From a virus, in IMG/VR virus record IMGVR_UViG_3300025141_000055, positions 1 through 64,000 of that record: a stretch of 64,000 bases of DNA, one strand, 5' to 3'. A program made the translations under genes and the position numbers. A model generated the notes under the pieces. It saw only the letters and a program-made list of their open reading frames with translations, was not told the origin of the DNA and searched no databases. This document shows, piece after piece, positions 1 through 9,328 of this stretch; within the stretch, counting starts at the first letter, position 1, and each line of letters opens with the position of its first letter.

Positions 1-293
1 ACTACAGGAGGCAGTAGACAATAGTAGGACTGAGGAAATTGTAGACCTTACACTTGCACTTAATGCTTTCATGCCTGTTTATATTGATAATTGGGACAGG
101 AAATTCAGAGACACATGGGATCATGTAATAAAATGATTTTCAATAAAACAGAAGCGAATCCAAAGGATGAAATGTGTGGACTAGTTCGGCTATGTTGTGA
201 ATTCCCGCAAAATATATATGCAAAGGAAGAAAGCCGAGTTAGTCCACATGTTTGTCGAATTAAATCCACGGTTAAACGAGCCTTCTAGCGCGA

Positions 294-878
294 GTGGATG
301 CTCCAGAGATCCCCGTTGTAGAGCCTAATATCCCGCTGCCCGTTATTCCGTTTACTCGTGAGACGGAGATAGCGCCGGCTATGCCAATACCAGACCCCGT
401 GGTAGATGCACCAGACGCGGAACTCCCTTGGTATACGCCTATTCCGATACCTCTAGATATGAATGATCTGGAGCCCATTCTTCCTCAGGAAGAGGACAAT
501 GATGATAAAGGTCAAGAGAAGGAGAAGAAGACCGAAAAAAAGGATGAAAAAAAGCCGACTCCTGAAGTAAAGGTAGATGTCCCTTATTACGAAAATGAAG
601 CCACGTATGTAACTATTCCCGGGTTGGGATATGAGATGCCCCTTCCGAAACCGGAGATAGTCTCGGCAGCTTTTGTTACTTCAGCTGTAAGTGTGGGAGC
701 GGCTTTAGGTGCTACTTCCCTTTTTAAACAAGTAATGACAATTATGAAGCCGGTTCTGAAACAAGGGGTAAACCGTCTTCTGAAACTTCGGGGGAAGAAA
801 CCTCCAACTTGGGCTCGCGAACGAGTGGCACAACGTCGGAACAGATCCGTGCATAAGGAGAATCAACGCGGATCGTAA
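294..878 (+). CDS. Hypothetical membrane protein, Pro/acidic-rich N-terminus
   Basis: ORF track; Pro/Glu-rich N-half, hydrophobic segment IVSAAFVTSAVSVGAALGA, basic C-terminus; resembles conserved cyanophage hypotheticals. Confidence 0.6.
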   Translation: MDAPEIPVVEPNIPLPVIPFTRETEIAPAMPIPDPVVDAPDAELPWYTPIPIPLDMNDLEPILPQEEDNDDKGQEKEKKTEKKDEKKPTPEVKVDVPYYENEATYVTIPGLGYEMPLPKPEIVSAAFVTSAVSVGAALGATSLFKQVMTIMKPVLKQGVNRLLKLRGKKPPTWARERVAQRRNRSVHKENQRGS

Positions 879-1626
879 ATCCCGTTTTAATGAGCTCGGC
901 GCACTTCAACATGCGAACCAGCTCAAAATCTAAGCGTTCTTTCTCCAGACGTCTTTTGGCTAGAGATTTACACAGTTCAGTCATTCCCCCATCTAAAGGA
1001 AAGCTAAAACTGGCTTGGATCCCATAATTCTGACCACGGGTCCAGCGTGGCTCCATTTCATTCCCTAAGTAGAAAGGACTAACAACTAAGGTGCTACTAG
1101 AGCAATAATGACCATCTCCAAAACTTTGGCGGGAATAACCTCCTTGATTTATTTGCACTGCTTGGTTGGTCACTGACCCTGTATTTGAGGACACAGGATT
1201 AGCAATTACATCAGTCTGGTCATCATTACTTCCTCCAAACGCAGGAAAAGGTAAACATAAAATTACTGAGAGAAGACCGACAAGGAGTTTATAACTGCGG
1301 TAGTTTCGATGGTTCTCTCGATATCCGTTGTTTCCACTATTCCGGCTGCTCTTTCTACTATTTCTAGCTGAAAGTCTTCCCCAGCTGTGTGAACTGCATA
1401 AGTTGTATTGGCGCCCCCAATTTCGCCGCTCGGGTTGATGTTCGTTCCGGTATAGCTGGTGTAATCTCCCCCGAAGGTCTCTACTGCGATTGTCTCCGTT
1501 ACCGTCTGTTCGGTATTGGTAGTACTCGTCATGCTTCCTTGAGTGAAATTGGGCGTTTCGGCCCTTACTCCAGTGGCTCCGAGAATCATCATTCCGATGA
1601 TAAGTAAGTATTTCATTTTTCGACAT
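742..1626 (-). CDS. Hypothetical exported/membrane protein (start uncertain)
   Basis: Hydrophobic segment LLVGLLSVILCLPFPAFG followed by a Cys-containing globular domain; the N-terminal ~120 codons overlap 1263-1616 in another frame. Confidence 0.6.
   Translation of the reverse strand: MSKNEILTYHRNDDSRSHWSKGRNAQFHSRKHDEYYQYRTDGNGDNRSRDLRGRLHQLYRNEHQPERRNWGRQYNLCSSHSWGRLSARNSRKSSRNSGNNGYRENHRNYRSYKLLVGLLSVILCLPFPAFGGSNDDQTDVIANPVSSNTGSVTNQAVQINQGGYSRQSFGDGHYCSSSTLVVSPFYLGNEMEPRWTRGQNYGIQASFSFPLDGGMTELCKSLAKRRLEKERLDFELVRMLKCAELIKTGFTIRVDSPYARICSDVVPLVREPKLEVSSPEVSEDGLPLVSEPAS
1263..1616 (-). CDS. Hypothetical secreted Thr-rich protein
   Basis: Start taken at MKYLLIIG (signal-peptide-like, ending GVRA); Thr-rich beta-type sequence ending SVFSQ. 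Confidence 0.7.
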   Translation of the reverse strand: MKYLLIIGMMILGATGVRAETPNFTQGSMTSTTNTEQTVTETIAVETFGGDYTSYTGTNINPSGEIGGANTTYAVHTAGEDFQLEIVERAAGIVETTDIERTIETTAVINSLSVFSQ

Positions 1627-1697
1627 AATGAGAAACTATCCATAACTATTCTAAACGGATTAGTATTACAAAAGTTTATTAACGGTCGCTAATCAAC

Positions 1698-2183
1698 ATG
1701 GGTGTTCAACACAAGGTTCCTCCTGTAGTACCCAGTGAGGGCAACGGAAAGAAGAAAGGTCTTCTTGATGGAATTCGAGCGAGTTTAGATGATAAAGATG
1801 AGCAACTTCAAATCATCTCAACATTAGTTAGGCTGGGCGTTCTGATTTGGTCCGGATGCATATTAACCCTTGCATATGTAGAACTACCACCCGCACTTGG
1901 CATTCCTGAGCAACGATTAGATCCCACATTCATAGCTAGTATCTTTACATCTGTAATTGCTAGTTTTGGTTTGGATGTAAGATCTGCAAAGAAAAATGCA
2001 GGAGCTTCAGACTCAGTTAGTAAGAAAGATATTGAAGCATTAATTGCACAAGTGTCTCAAACTTCACCCCATCAGATAATTAGAATCGAACATGCGCCCG
2101 TAAAAATTGTCGGCGTGGATGAATCTCCTAAACCTCCTTCGGAGCCGCCGATTATTCCCACGGCAGAAGTAAAACCTGAGTAA
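1698..2183 (+). CDS. Hypothetical two-TM membrane protein
   Basis: Two hydrophobic helices flanking a DPTFIAS motif, typical of cyanophage hypotheticals. Confidence 0.7.
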   Translation: MGVQHKVPPVVPSEGNGKKKGLLDGIRASLDDKDEQLQIISTLVRLGVLIWSGCILTLAYVELPPALGIPEQRLDPTFIASIFTSVIASFGLDVRSAKKNAGASDSVSKKDIEALIAQVSQTSPHQIIRIEHAPVKIVGVDESPKPPSEPPIIPTAEVKPE

Positions 2184-2201
2184 ATTTTACAAAGAGGGTT
2201 A

Positions 2202-2375
2202 ATGAGATTAGGCACTCTTCAGTTTGAGCTCCTCATTTTTATAATGCTGGAGCTTTGGTTCCTTATCTGGCTGGTTGGCGCATGGACCTCTAAAGATAAA
2301 ATTGTAAAGAAAGATTATGAGGGTCCTCTTTATGCCCCTCATCCTGATCTTAAAAAGAAGCGCGATAAGGATTAA
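2202..2375 (+). CDS. Small membrane protein (57 aa)
   Basis: Manually translated: MRLGTLQFELLIFIMLELWFLIWLVGAW...YEGPLYAPHPDLKKKRDKD; below the ORF-track cutoff. Confidence 0.5.
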   Translation: MRLGTLQFELLIFIMLELWFLIWLVGAWTSKDKIVKKDYEGPLYAPHPDLKKKRDKD

Positions 2376-2521
2376 CCCCTAACTAGGCGAATTAAACCAT
2401 CGGCATAAAAACCCATGACGCCAAAACCTAAGGCGCATGAAATCAGAGTGGCATTTACGTTGTGCCGCGCAATCGCCTTCTCGATGAGTTCTTCAACTTC
2501 GGCTTTTCTCATGCCCTTCAT
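2372..2521 (-). CDS. Small membrane protein (49 aa)
   Basis: Manually translated: MKGMRKAEVEELIEKAIARHNVNATLISCALGFGVMGFYADGLIRLVRG; amphipathic helix plus TM segment. Confidence 0.55.
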   Translation of the reverse strand: MKGMRKAEVEELIEKAIARHNVNATLISCALGFGVMGFYADGLIRLVRG

Positions 2522-2816
2522 TTTAATGGCTTCCACATCTTAATAGTTTCTTACGTATGTCAATTCTTTAAAAAGCTTGTCATTAACACAAACCGCAGGT
2601 CAGTTCACGGTAAATTAGAACAACAGTATTTTCATTTCAGAACAATGGGATTCAGGGGGATGGACCGTAGAACACAAGTAAAGGCCCCCGTGGTCTCTAT
2701 AAATGATAAGAATTCTACACGATCCCCCGATATTTGCCCCAGCTACAAGTTCCATCCTTTAAGAGCTTTAAAGTGGGATAAGAATGGAGAGCTCATTCGT
2801 GAGTAGGTAGTTATAT

Positions 2817-2990
2817 ATGCCTAACGTATCCACTATCACCGATAACGGAGATGGGACTATCGGCGTCACTGGTGACTCCGAGTTCCTCGCCTGGTGTGAT
2901 GAGTTCGTAATGCGTGAAGGATTTGAGCGTGACCTTGAGTACATCACTGAACTCCGCAAGCAATACTTGTTTGAAGCGTCTCAGCCTTAA
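2817..2990 (+). CDS. Hypothetical protein (57 aa)
   Basis: Manually translated: MPNVSTITDNGDGTIGVTGDSEFLAWCDEFVMREGF...; more protein-like than the two antisense ORFs in the track. Confidence 0.5.
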   Translation: MPNVSTITDNGDGTIGVTGDSEFLAWCDEFVMREGFERDLEYITELRKQYLFEASQP

Positions 2991-3034
2991 ATCCACGGAA
3001 GCTTTCTTTTCCTTTAACTGGTACGATTAATCTC

Positions 3035-3307
3035 ATGACTGAAACGACTGAGGAAGTGGTCGAACGACTGCACGACGACATCCGTAAAAAGGTGTATGAG
3101 ATAAATGAAGAAAACTTTATCTCTTGGGAAGACCAATGGAAAAATGCTCAAGAACGGTGGAAAGTCCATTTGAGGGAATGGAGCATTCTGTCGCGCCAAG
3201 TGAAAACTTTAGGAAAAGAGACGCGAGTGTGGATCGAAGCTCGTCGAGAGGATCTGAAAGAAAACTGGAAAAATAGTGAGTTTGATCCGCAGAAGGAGGG
3301 TAAATGA
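3035..3307 (+). CDS. Hypothetical coiled-coil protein
   Basis: ORF track; charged helical sequence. Confidence 0.55.
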   Translation: MTETTEEVVERLHDDIRKKVYEINEENFISWEDQWKNAQERWKVHLREWSILSRQVKTLGKETRVWIEARREDLKENWKNSEFDPQKEGK

Positions 3308-3403
3308 TCCTTTGGTGGAGATTATTTAGTAATGTTTACGGGATCGCCATAGCTGCTCTACTTATTACTATAGTATATTCTCTAGTATCATAGGGGTCAC
3401 CTA

Positions 3404-3652
3404 ATGCTACAGTTTAATCTGGATCCCAGTTCGATTGAGATTAATAGCCCAGAAAAACAGTTTGAATATGTGAAATATGACCGTCTGATTGAACAATGTA
3501 GAAATGTGGAAGATTTACAGAATCTGGCTCGTTATTTATTGAAACTAGATATGAAGAGAATGGAAGTATGCGGACAGTTGTTGTTTGATAGCTTACCTAA
3601 GGATAAGGAGAATCCTGAGGAGGGTGATGGTGGGTGCATAGTGAGGAGGTAG
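3404..3652 (+). CDS. Small helical protein, possibly distant NblA-like
   Basis: SPEKQFEY...IEQC..VEDLQNLARYLLKL helix-loop-helix pattern loosely matching NblA (LSLEQQF...). Confidence 0.4.
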   Translation: MLQFNLDPSSIEINSPEKQFEYVKYDRLIEQCRNVEDLQNLARYLLKLDMKRMEVCGQLLFDSLPKDKENPEEGDGGCIVRR

Positions 3653-3795
3653 AGGTACTGTGTGAAGAAAAAAACGTTGGACCTGCAAGCTGTTACTGGT
3701 ACAAAGCGTGGAAAGCCGAGATTTCAAAACTTTACATTTTCCTTGACCAGGGCGTTTTGTGAGGGTATTCTCACAATAGTTTCAAGGAGTTCATT

Positions 3796-3960
3796 ATGTA
3801 CGCTAAATGTCACTGGGAGCATCATTTAGCTCCTCCACAGGGGGAGACAGAAGAGGTTGATGAGGTGGATAAATATTTTATGTGCCTTACGACCTGTGAC
3901 GTAGATGATAAAGCATGTGTCACTAAATGTGTGGAACTTTTACGCGACGAGGAAGATTAA
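3796..3960 (+). CDS. Small Cys-rich protein (54 aa)
   Basis: AAGGAG RBS upstream; YFMCLTTCDVDDKACVTKC (Cx3C...Cx3C) pattern seen in small picocyanobacterial/cyanophage proteins. Confidence 0.6.
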   Translation: MYAKCHWEHHLAPPQGETEEVDEVDKYFMCLTTCDVDDKACVTKCVELLRDEED

Positions 3961-4108
3961 GTTGTCGCAGCCTTAATGTTTTTTCTAATGGACTCTTAGA
4001 GCTTCTTTCTGTTCTCGTTAGGGCTGCTCCTAACCCCAAAGCGAGAATAGACATAAGAATCATTACTATTAAGGTTCCTTGAAGATATTTCACCGTTATT
4101 TTTTCCAT

Positions 4109-4918
4109 TCACTTTATTTTTACGGCTAATTGCCATCCGGTAAACATTCCAAATTCAGCTTCGGCGAACGAGTTCAAAGCCATGTCTACTCCTCTTCTTA
4201 CATCGGGGTGAGCATAATCATCGAATATGACCAACCCACCTTCTTTAACCATGGGGACGTAAAGAATGACATCTCGAGCTACCGCTAAAGATTCGTGAGC
4301 CCCATCTATATAAAGGACATCAATCCATCTTTCCCCACCATGTCGTTGGTTAAGCATGGGGAAGATATCCCAGCTCAACCCTTTGATGACGTCAATTTTG
4401 GCCGCATTCTTAGATTTAGCAATATTTCCCCGAGCTATGAGTTCAATCCGTGGTAGCTCTGGGTAGTTTTCTGGTTTTTCATGGTGTTCTGAGCTTCCTG
4501 TAAAAGGATCAATAGAGATCAGCCGGGAATTAGGGTGATTAAGGTAAAAATCAGACCAAAATACGGTTGAGGCCCCTTCATAAACGCCAATTTCTAGGAT
4601 TTGTCTCTCTGCATCAGGGTCTAATTTAAGTTTTTCGGCTTCAGCACTTGCATTAAGTACTGCATCGGTGTTTAAAAGTGCGTCATACCATCCTTGATTA
4701 AGTTCGTAGTGCTTAGCGAGCTTTTTTTTATTTTCTAAACTTATTTGTTGGGTTTGGGGGTGTTGTTCAGTTCCAGGAGGAGTAGGTATTTGAAGAACTG
4801 GTGCCGGGGCTCCTGTTTGTTTTGTCTCCTCTTTCATTTGAGACATTAAATCTTTAAAAGAAGCTTTTTTTTGAGGTTTTATCTCAGTAGCCATTAGGGT
4901 TTTGTGTAACTTCAGCAT
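4109..4918 (-). CDS. Class I SAM-dependent methyltransferase (Methyltransf_24-like)
   Basis: ILEIGVYEGAST motif I, IDPF, IDVLYIDGAH, GGLVIFDDY. Confidence 0.85.
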   Translation of the reverse strand: MLKLHKTLMATEIKPQKKASFKDLMSQMKEETKQTGAPAPVLQIPTPPGTEQHPQTQQISLENKKKLAKHYELNQGWYDALLNTDAVLNASAEAEKLKLDPDAERQILEIGVYEGASTVFWSDFYLNHPNSRLISIDPFTGSSEHHEKPENYPELPRIELIARGNIAKSKNAAKIDVIKGLSWDIFPMLNQRHGGERWIDVLYIDGAHESLAVARDVILYVPMVKEGGLVIFDDYAHPDVRRGVDMALNSFAEAEFGMFTGWQLAVKIK

Positions 4919-4976
4919 AGTAGCATTGGTTTTTTGACAGTGCTACGGGTTTGGTGTATGCTTTGTATGTCACTAG

Positions 4977-5327
4977 GTGACTTTTATGAACAACGACACC
5001 AACCCTAAAGGCGACACCAAAGCCAACAACATCAATCTAAAAGGCGACACCCAGGATATTATCTGGACAGCGGCTGTCTTGAAGTCCACGGAAGCTCTGG
5101 AACAGTTCGGGAGTTTTGCTGTTTGGTGCCTACTTGTCTTTTTTGTTATTCTTCCTTTTTCGCGTTCGGTTATTCACAACCATCAAAAGGATGCTGCCCG
5201 TATGAGGGGCCACCAGGAATTAGTAAGAGAGTGTAACGAAGTAAGCCTGGTTCATCACGGAGTTACAAATAACTCTTACTGTCGGACTTGGGCAAATACC
5301 AAGGTACGCTTGTACGAGAATTATTAA
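4977..5327 (+). CDS. Hypothetical membrane protein
   Basis: ORF track; one TM segment; short KGDT repeat near the N-terminus. Confidence 0.45.
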   Translation: MTFMNNDTNPKGDTKANNINLKGDTQDIIWTAAVLKSTEALEQFGSFAVWCLLVFFVILPFSRSVIHNHQKDAARMRGHQELVRECNEVSLVHHGVTNNSYCRTWANTKVRLYENY

Positions 5328-5331
5328 TTTT

Positions 5332-5601
5332 GTGACTGACTCTAAAGAAAAGCCGGAGGGAGAGGAGTATAGCGAGGATGAGTTAGTGGAAATGGCTCTT
5401 AAGAACTTCAATTCTTTTGTCGAAGAACAGACCACGCACTACGCTTTTATTCCTGACGACCCTGATGGCAGCTCAATTGACGAAGCACACGGCGACCCAG
5501 ATGTCGGGTCTAGTGAACAATGTGAAACCGGTGTGTCCGAAGTGCGGGAGGAGATCATTCCGAGTGATGGAAATCCGCCGAATCAGGGAGGGGACGCGTA
5601 G
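5332..5601 (+). CDS. Hypothetical acidic protein
   Basis: ORF track; very acidic; overlaps the next ORF. Confidence 0.45.
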   Translation: MTDSKEKPEGEEYSEDELVEMALKNFNSFVEEQTTHYAFIPDDPDGSSIDEAHGDPDVGSSEQCETGVSEVREEIIPSDGNPPNQGGDA

Positions 5602-5890
5602 ACGTTACGCGTGCATGGATTGCCTTCATCGGGAAACCCTTTATGAAGTGTCGGCCGATGTTTATAAGGAGCTCAGAGAAGCTAAGCGCTCTCTTCAGCT
5701 TTTCACTAGTCTTTTTATGGCTTACCAGCAACGGAATATAAAAGAAAGTAAGGACACAATCCCGTGCGAGAGGTGTGTTCACCTCGGAGAGAGGGGGTGT
5801 GATCTAGAAATTCCGGAAGCCCTTACTTCCGGTGCTAGTGGATGTAGTGCTTTCTTTAATCCCAAGCCTGAGGAAAGCTTGCAGGAGTAA
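5417..5890 (+). CDS. Zn-ribbon protein (true start probably near 5500)
   Basis: CPKC...RRRYACMDC..R.T.YE (NrdR-N-like Zn ribbon) plus C-terminal CxxC...C...C. Confidence 0.65.
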   Translation: MSKNRPRTTLLFLTTLMAAQLTKHTATQMSGLVNNVKPVCPKCGRRSFRVMEIRRIREGTRRRYACMDCLHRETLYEVSADVYKELREAKRSLQLFTSLFMAYQQRNIKESKDTIPCERCVHLGERGCDLEIPEALTSGASGCSAFFNPKPEESLQE

Positions 5891-5924
5891 TTCTGTTAGT
5901 ATGCTGGGATAAATTCTTTCCTTT

Positions 5925-6692
5925 ATGAGTGGTTCTATTCCGGTCTTAGGTACCGCCATTGTTAATAACCCCTATTGGCTTCACCGCCTCTTTATGAGTA
6001 TTGACTATCCCGTAGATAATTTTGTAGTTTTTAACAATAATGGACGAGGGCAAGTTACCAAGGAATTAGATGCACTTAGAGATTTAAGTAATCCCTATGT
6101 TTCCCGTATTCATATAACCCATATGCCGACTAATATTGGGTGTTCGGGAGCGTGGAATTTAATTATTAAGTCTTTTTTAATGGCCCCCTGGTGGATTATC
6201 TCTAATCACGATGTTTCTTATGAACCCGGGTTTTTACAAGAGATGCATGATGAGGCTCAAGATCCTGAAGTAGGTACTGTTCATGGGAATCAGGGATGGG
6301 ATATCTTTTTAATTAAGGACTGGATGGTACAAAGATATGGATTATTTGATGAGAATCTCTATCCGGGTTATTGCGAGGATATGGACTACGGGATGCGCTT
6401 TATACATGATGATGTGAAAAGAGTACTGAGACTCAAAAAAGGTTATCGCCACGGCAATGCGAGTGATTATTCGGATGGTTCACAGACCTGGCGATCGGAA
6501 CCCGAGTTAGAGATGCCTATTTATAGAGCCCACGAGTTAAATAAGAAATATCTCCACCTCAAATGGGGAAAAGCATGGCAAGGACATGTGGAGGGTGAGA
6601 CATATAAGACCCCCTTTAATAATGAAGAGATGCCTATTGACTTTACTACTTATGATTTAGAGTTCGTCCGTCATAAGTACCTGGGTTTTTAG
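5925..6692 (+). CDS. Glycosyltransferase, GT2/GT-A-like
   Basis: VVFNN, NIGCSGAWN, ISNHDV (DxD-like), GLFDENLYPGYCEDMDY. Confidence 0.85.
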   Translation: MSGSIPVLGTAIVNNPYWLHRLFMSIDYPVDNFVVFNNNGRGQVTKELDALRDLSNPYVSRIHITHMPTNIGCSGAWNLIIKSFLMAPWWIISNHDVSYEPGFLQEMHDEAQDPEVGTVHGNQGWDIFLIKDWMVQRYGLFDENLYPGYCEDMDYGMRFIHDDVKRVLRLKKGYRHGNASDYSDGSQTWRSEPELEMPIYRAHELNKKYLHLKWGKAWQGHVEGETYKTPFNNEEMPIDFTTYDLEFVRHKYLGF

Positions 6693-6693
6693 C

Positions 6694-7446
6694 GTGCGTA
6701 AGTTTCGAGCTGCTGATGGGGGGATGGTTCCAATCCGCCACGACATCCCTGGTGCGTTGCTTTCGATTGATGATGACCCTGGAACACAAAATTTCCCCCA
6801 TTATCCTTTTATCTGTAACTGTTTACTCGAGGCTTCTAAGAGCGAGTTAACAATCCCAGAAGGGCATTCCGACAATCCCTTTCTCAATGTGTTCCCCGGC
6901 GATCATTATCGGCTTATTTCAGGGATCATCAGAGTTATGGGGGAAGGGCATGATGATTGCCGCGACCGCAATAACCAGTTCTGCTGCGTGGATATAGGAA
7001 CGCATTACGGGACAAGTGCGCGGGTGATGCTCGATGCTGTCCCTTATGCATATGTAGATACTTATGATGTTGTGCCATGGCACCATAATCCTCATACTGT
7101 TTTAGAGGAAGACGACATTTACGAGAATGGAGGGCGGTTAAGGCAACATGTGGCAAATTTAAAGGAGCCAGCTATTTTCGCTGAGCACGAAGGGATCTTA
7201 GAAGCTGCCGATTTTATAATGTGTGATGGACCGAAAGATGGTGTCTTTGAGCTACTTTTCTTTAAACTTTTATCTCAACTCTCAATGAGTGACAAACCTC
7301 GTTGGCTATTTATAGATGATATTCGTTTACATAGTGAGATATTAAGTTGGCGTCGAATCCATTCTCCCAAGATTGATCTCACTTCTTTTGGTCACTTTAC
7401 TGGGAGTGGTTTAGTAGATATATCTAAAGGATTTGATTTTCGTTAG
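6694..7446 (+). CDS. SAM-dependent methyltransferase-like protein
   Basis: VDIGTHYGTSA motif I, DFIMCDG, LFIDDI; adjacent to the GT gene. Confidence 0.75.
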   Translation: MRKFRAADGGMVPIRHDIPGALLSIDDDPGTQNFPHYPFICNCLLEASKSELTIPEGHSDNPFLNVFPGDHYRLISGIIRVMGEGHDDCRDRNNQFCCVDIGTHYGTSARVMLDAVPYAYVDTYDVVPWHHNPHTVLEEDDIYENGGRLRQHVANLKEPAIFAEHEGILEAADFIMCDGPKDGVFELLFFKLLSQLSMSDKPRWLFIDDIRLHSEILSWRRIHSPKIDLTSFGHFTGSGLVDISKGFDFR

Positions 7447-7464
7447 GGCTTTAGGATAAAGAGG

Positions 7465-7698
7465 TTGCAGAGAGGTCAAATGACACTTTCCCGCGCTTTC
7501 AATAGGTTCCATCGCTTCATGGCCAAACGCCGTCGTCGAAGGTTAAGGGATGCTATTCCCTCTTTAGAGGACACTTTTTTAAGAAAATCCGCGCATCACC
7601 ACGAGGGTCGTGAGCTCCGGGATGAGCGCCGACAACTAGACGAGATCGGTGATTTCATGGAGAATAGAAAGGACTCTTATTATACAGCTACTCGTTAG
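7465..7698 (+). CDS. Hypothetical basic protein
   Basis: ORF track only. Confidence 0.35.
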   Translation: MQRGQMTLSRAFNRFHRFMAKRRRRRLRDAIPSLEDTFLRKSAHHHEGRELRDERRQLDEIGDFMENRKDSYYTATR

Positions 7699-7704
7699 CT
7701 CCGA

Positions 7705-7977
7705 ATGCCTTTCTATTCGTCACACACTAGAGCGAGTAGGTTGACCAATAGCCTAAAGACCCTTTTAGACGCTAAAAGTTTATCCTCCTTTGCTCTGAGT
7801 AAGTTGGCAAATTTATCCCCTACAACTACTCGCAAGATATACACGGACGCTCACTACATCCCTTCCCCCGATGTCTTAGAGAAACTGTGTCTAACTCTAG
7901 AGTGTTGTCCAGGGGATATATTAAAAATCCGCGGTAATATGGAAAGGACAGTTGCGGTGTGTTCTGGTGTTTTCTGA
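7705..7977 (+). CDS. Cro/C1-type HTH transcriptional regulator
   Basis: LKTLLDAKSLSSFALSKLANLSPTT...VLEKLCLTLECCPGDIL is a typical HTH_26 pattern. Confidence 0.85.
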   Translation: MPFYSSHTRASRLTNSLKTLLDAKSLSSFALSKLANLSPTTTRKIYTDAHYIPSPDVLEKLCLTLECCPGDILKIRGNMERTVAVCSGVF

Positions 7978-8464
7978 AGCTGATTATGCATTAGCTGCCC
8001 GCCTGCTGGGCCTTCCTCAACCGCAGACTCCGGCAGAGATTGCAGCAGCTACTCCTGCGACAGCTGAAGTAATACGTAAGTTTGCTCAAACTCTTCCCCC
8101 AGCCCCGGGGCAGGAGCCTGATGGTCTCTACACTGGTATAACCCGATCTCTTAATGCTTACCCCGATGATACACAGCCTATGGAGAAGGCGCGTTTAGCT
8201 TCCCGCTTACGTACTCATCCCGAGGATCCTGATGATGATTCCTATTTACAGGAATTACTGTATCAAGTGGACCCAGAGACCATGGACATGATCCTGGTAG
8301 CCCTTCAAAAAGCTGCTTTCCAAGCTGAGGAACATATGGATCAACTTTCTCAGCAACGTCCTATTGAGTATGACCAACCTAATTTAGGTTCGAATTACTC
8401 TGTTTTAAATGCTCCAGCTTCTAACGGGATTCCTCCTTCGGACAAATTCCAATACTTGAGCTGA
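7952..8464 (+). CDS. Hypothetical protein (probable GTG start at 7967)
   Basis: ORF track; tightly packed operon. Confidence 0.6.
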   Translation: MRCVLVFSEADYALAARLLGLPQPQTPAEIAAATPATAEVIRKFAQTLPPAPGQEPDGLYTGITRSLNAYPDDTQPMEKARLASRLRTHPEDPDDDSYLQELLYQVDPETMDMILVALQKAAFQAEEHMDQLSQQRPIEYDQPNLGSNYSVLNAPASNGIPPSDKFQYLS

Positions 8465-8465
8465 T

Positions 8466-8699
8466 ATGGATGTTAGACAGCGCCACTTACTTGAGCGAGA
8501 CGTTAGGAAACTTGCTCCTGAGACTGAGCCCGCTTCATTCCTAGCTCTTTATCTTGCTTCTAATTTTCCCGAGACAATAGCCCTCCCTTCTCCTGATCAA
8601 AAAGCGGGTCTAGTAAGGGAAGTAGTGGATGAAGGCAACCTCAAATATATGAAGAAGCCTTTATCAGGAACTCAGTTTGATAACCCAGGAGGAAGCTAA
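8466..8699 (+). CDS. Hypothetical protein
   Basis: ORF track; TAATG stop/start coupling to the next gene. Confidence 0.6.
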   Translation: MDVRQRHLLERDVRKLAPETEPASFLALYLASNFPETIALPSPDQKAGLVREVVDEGNLKYMKKPLSGTQFDNPGGS

Positions 8700-9328
8700 T
8701 GAGTCGTTATAGCTATACCGGGGTAAAAGACGCTTATACTGGAGTGAATAAGCTCATCCCTACAGCTGCGTGGGGTTCTTTGGCTCCGGATATGACTGCT
8801 TCATTGGGTGCTAAACCTGGGGGAATATTTAGTATGCCCAGGGGAGGGAAGCGAGCTATTGCTCTGGCTTTTTTAGCGGAAGCGATTACTGGTATTCTGG
8901 GGCGTGCAGCTACTTCTCTTACACAACCTGGTGGGGTTGTTCCTTCCGCTCCTCAGGGAGGATCAGCTAGTAAGTTTATGCTTACTCTCCAGGATGTTAA
9001 AGAGATTCAGCGATATGTTAATGAAGAGAATTGGCGACGATCCATATTAAATAAGATGGGTGGGTCTTATGAATATCTGGATGCGAATAACCTGATTCGC
9101 GAAAGGGAAGGGCAGCTCCGGCGTTCTGCGGCCGAAGCGGGTGCTCGTCAATATGCAATTGAGTCATTAAAAACGCAAGCTGCAGTTCAACCAGCTATTG
9201 CGCAGATGATGGGTACAAGTGCCACCGCCGGGAGCACTCTCGGGGAAGAAGCTTTAAGATCGGGTATCGGATCTCGTCCGACACGTGATATAACCGCGGC
9301 AATTACTGAAATTGGGAGGTCTTTCTAA
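8699..9328 (+). CDS. Putative internal virion/ejection protein
   Basis: Ala/Gly-rich helical protein, translationally coupled on both sides. Confidence 0.5.
   Translation: MSRYSYTGVKDAYTGVNKLIPTAAWGSLAPDMTASLGAKPGGIFSMPRGGKRAIALAFLAEAITGILGRAATSLTQPGGVVPSAPQGGSASKFMLTLQDVKEIQRYVNEENWRRSILNKMGGSYEYLDANNLIREREGQLRRSAAEAGARQYAIESLKTQAAVQPAIAQMMGTSATAGSTLGEEALRSGIGSRPTRDITAAITEIGRSF

Noticed and set aside
3796-3960. CP12
   Set aside because: No AWD.VEEL core or C-terminal CP12 cysteine pattern.
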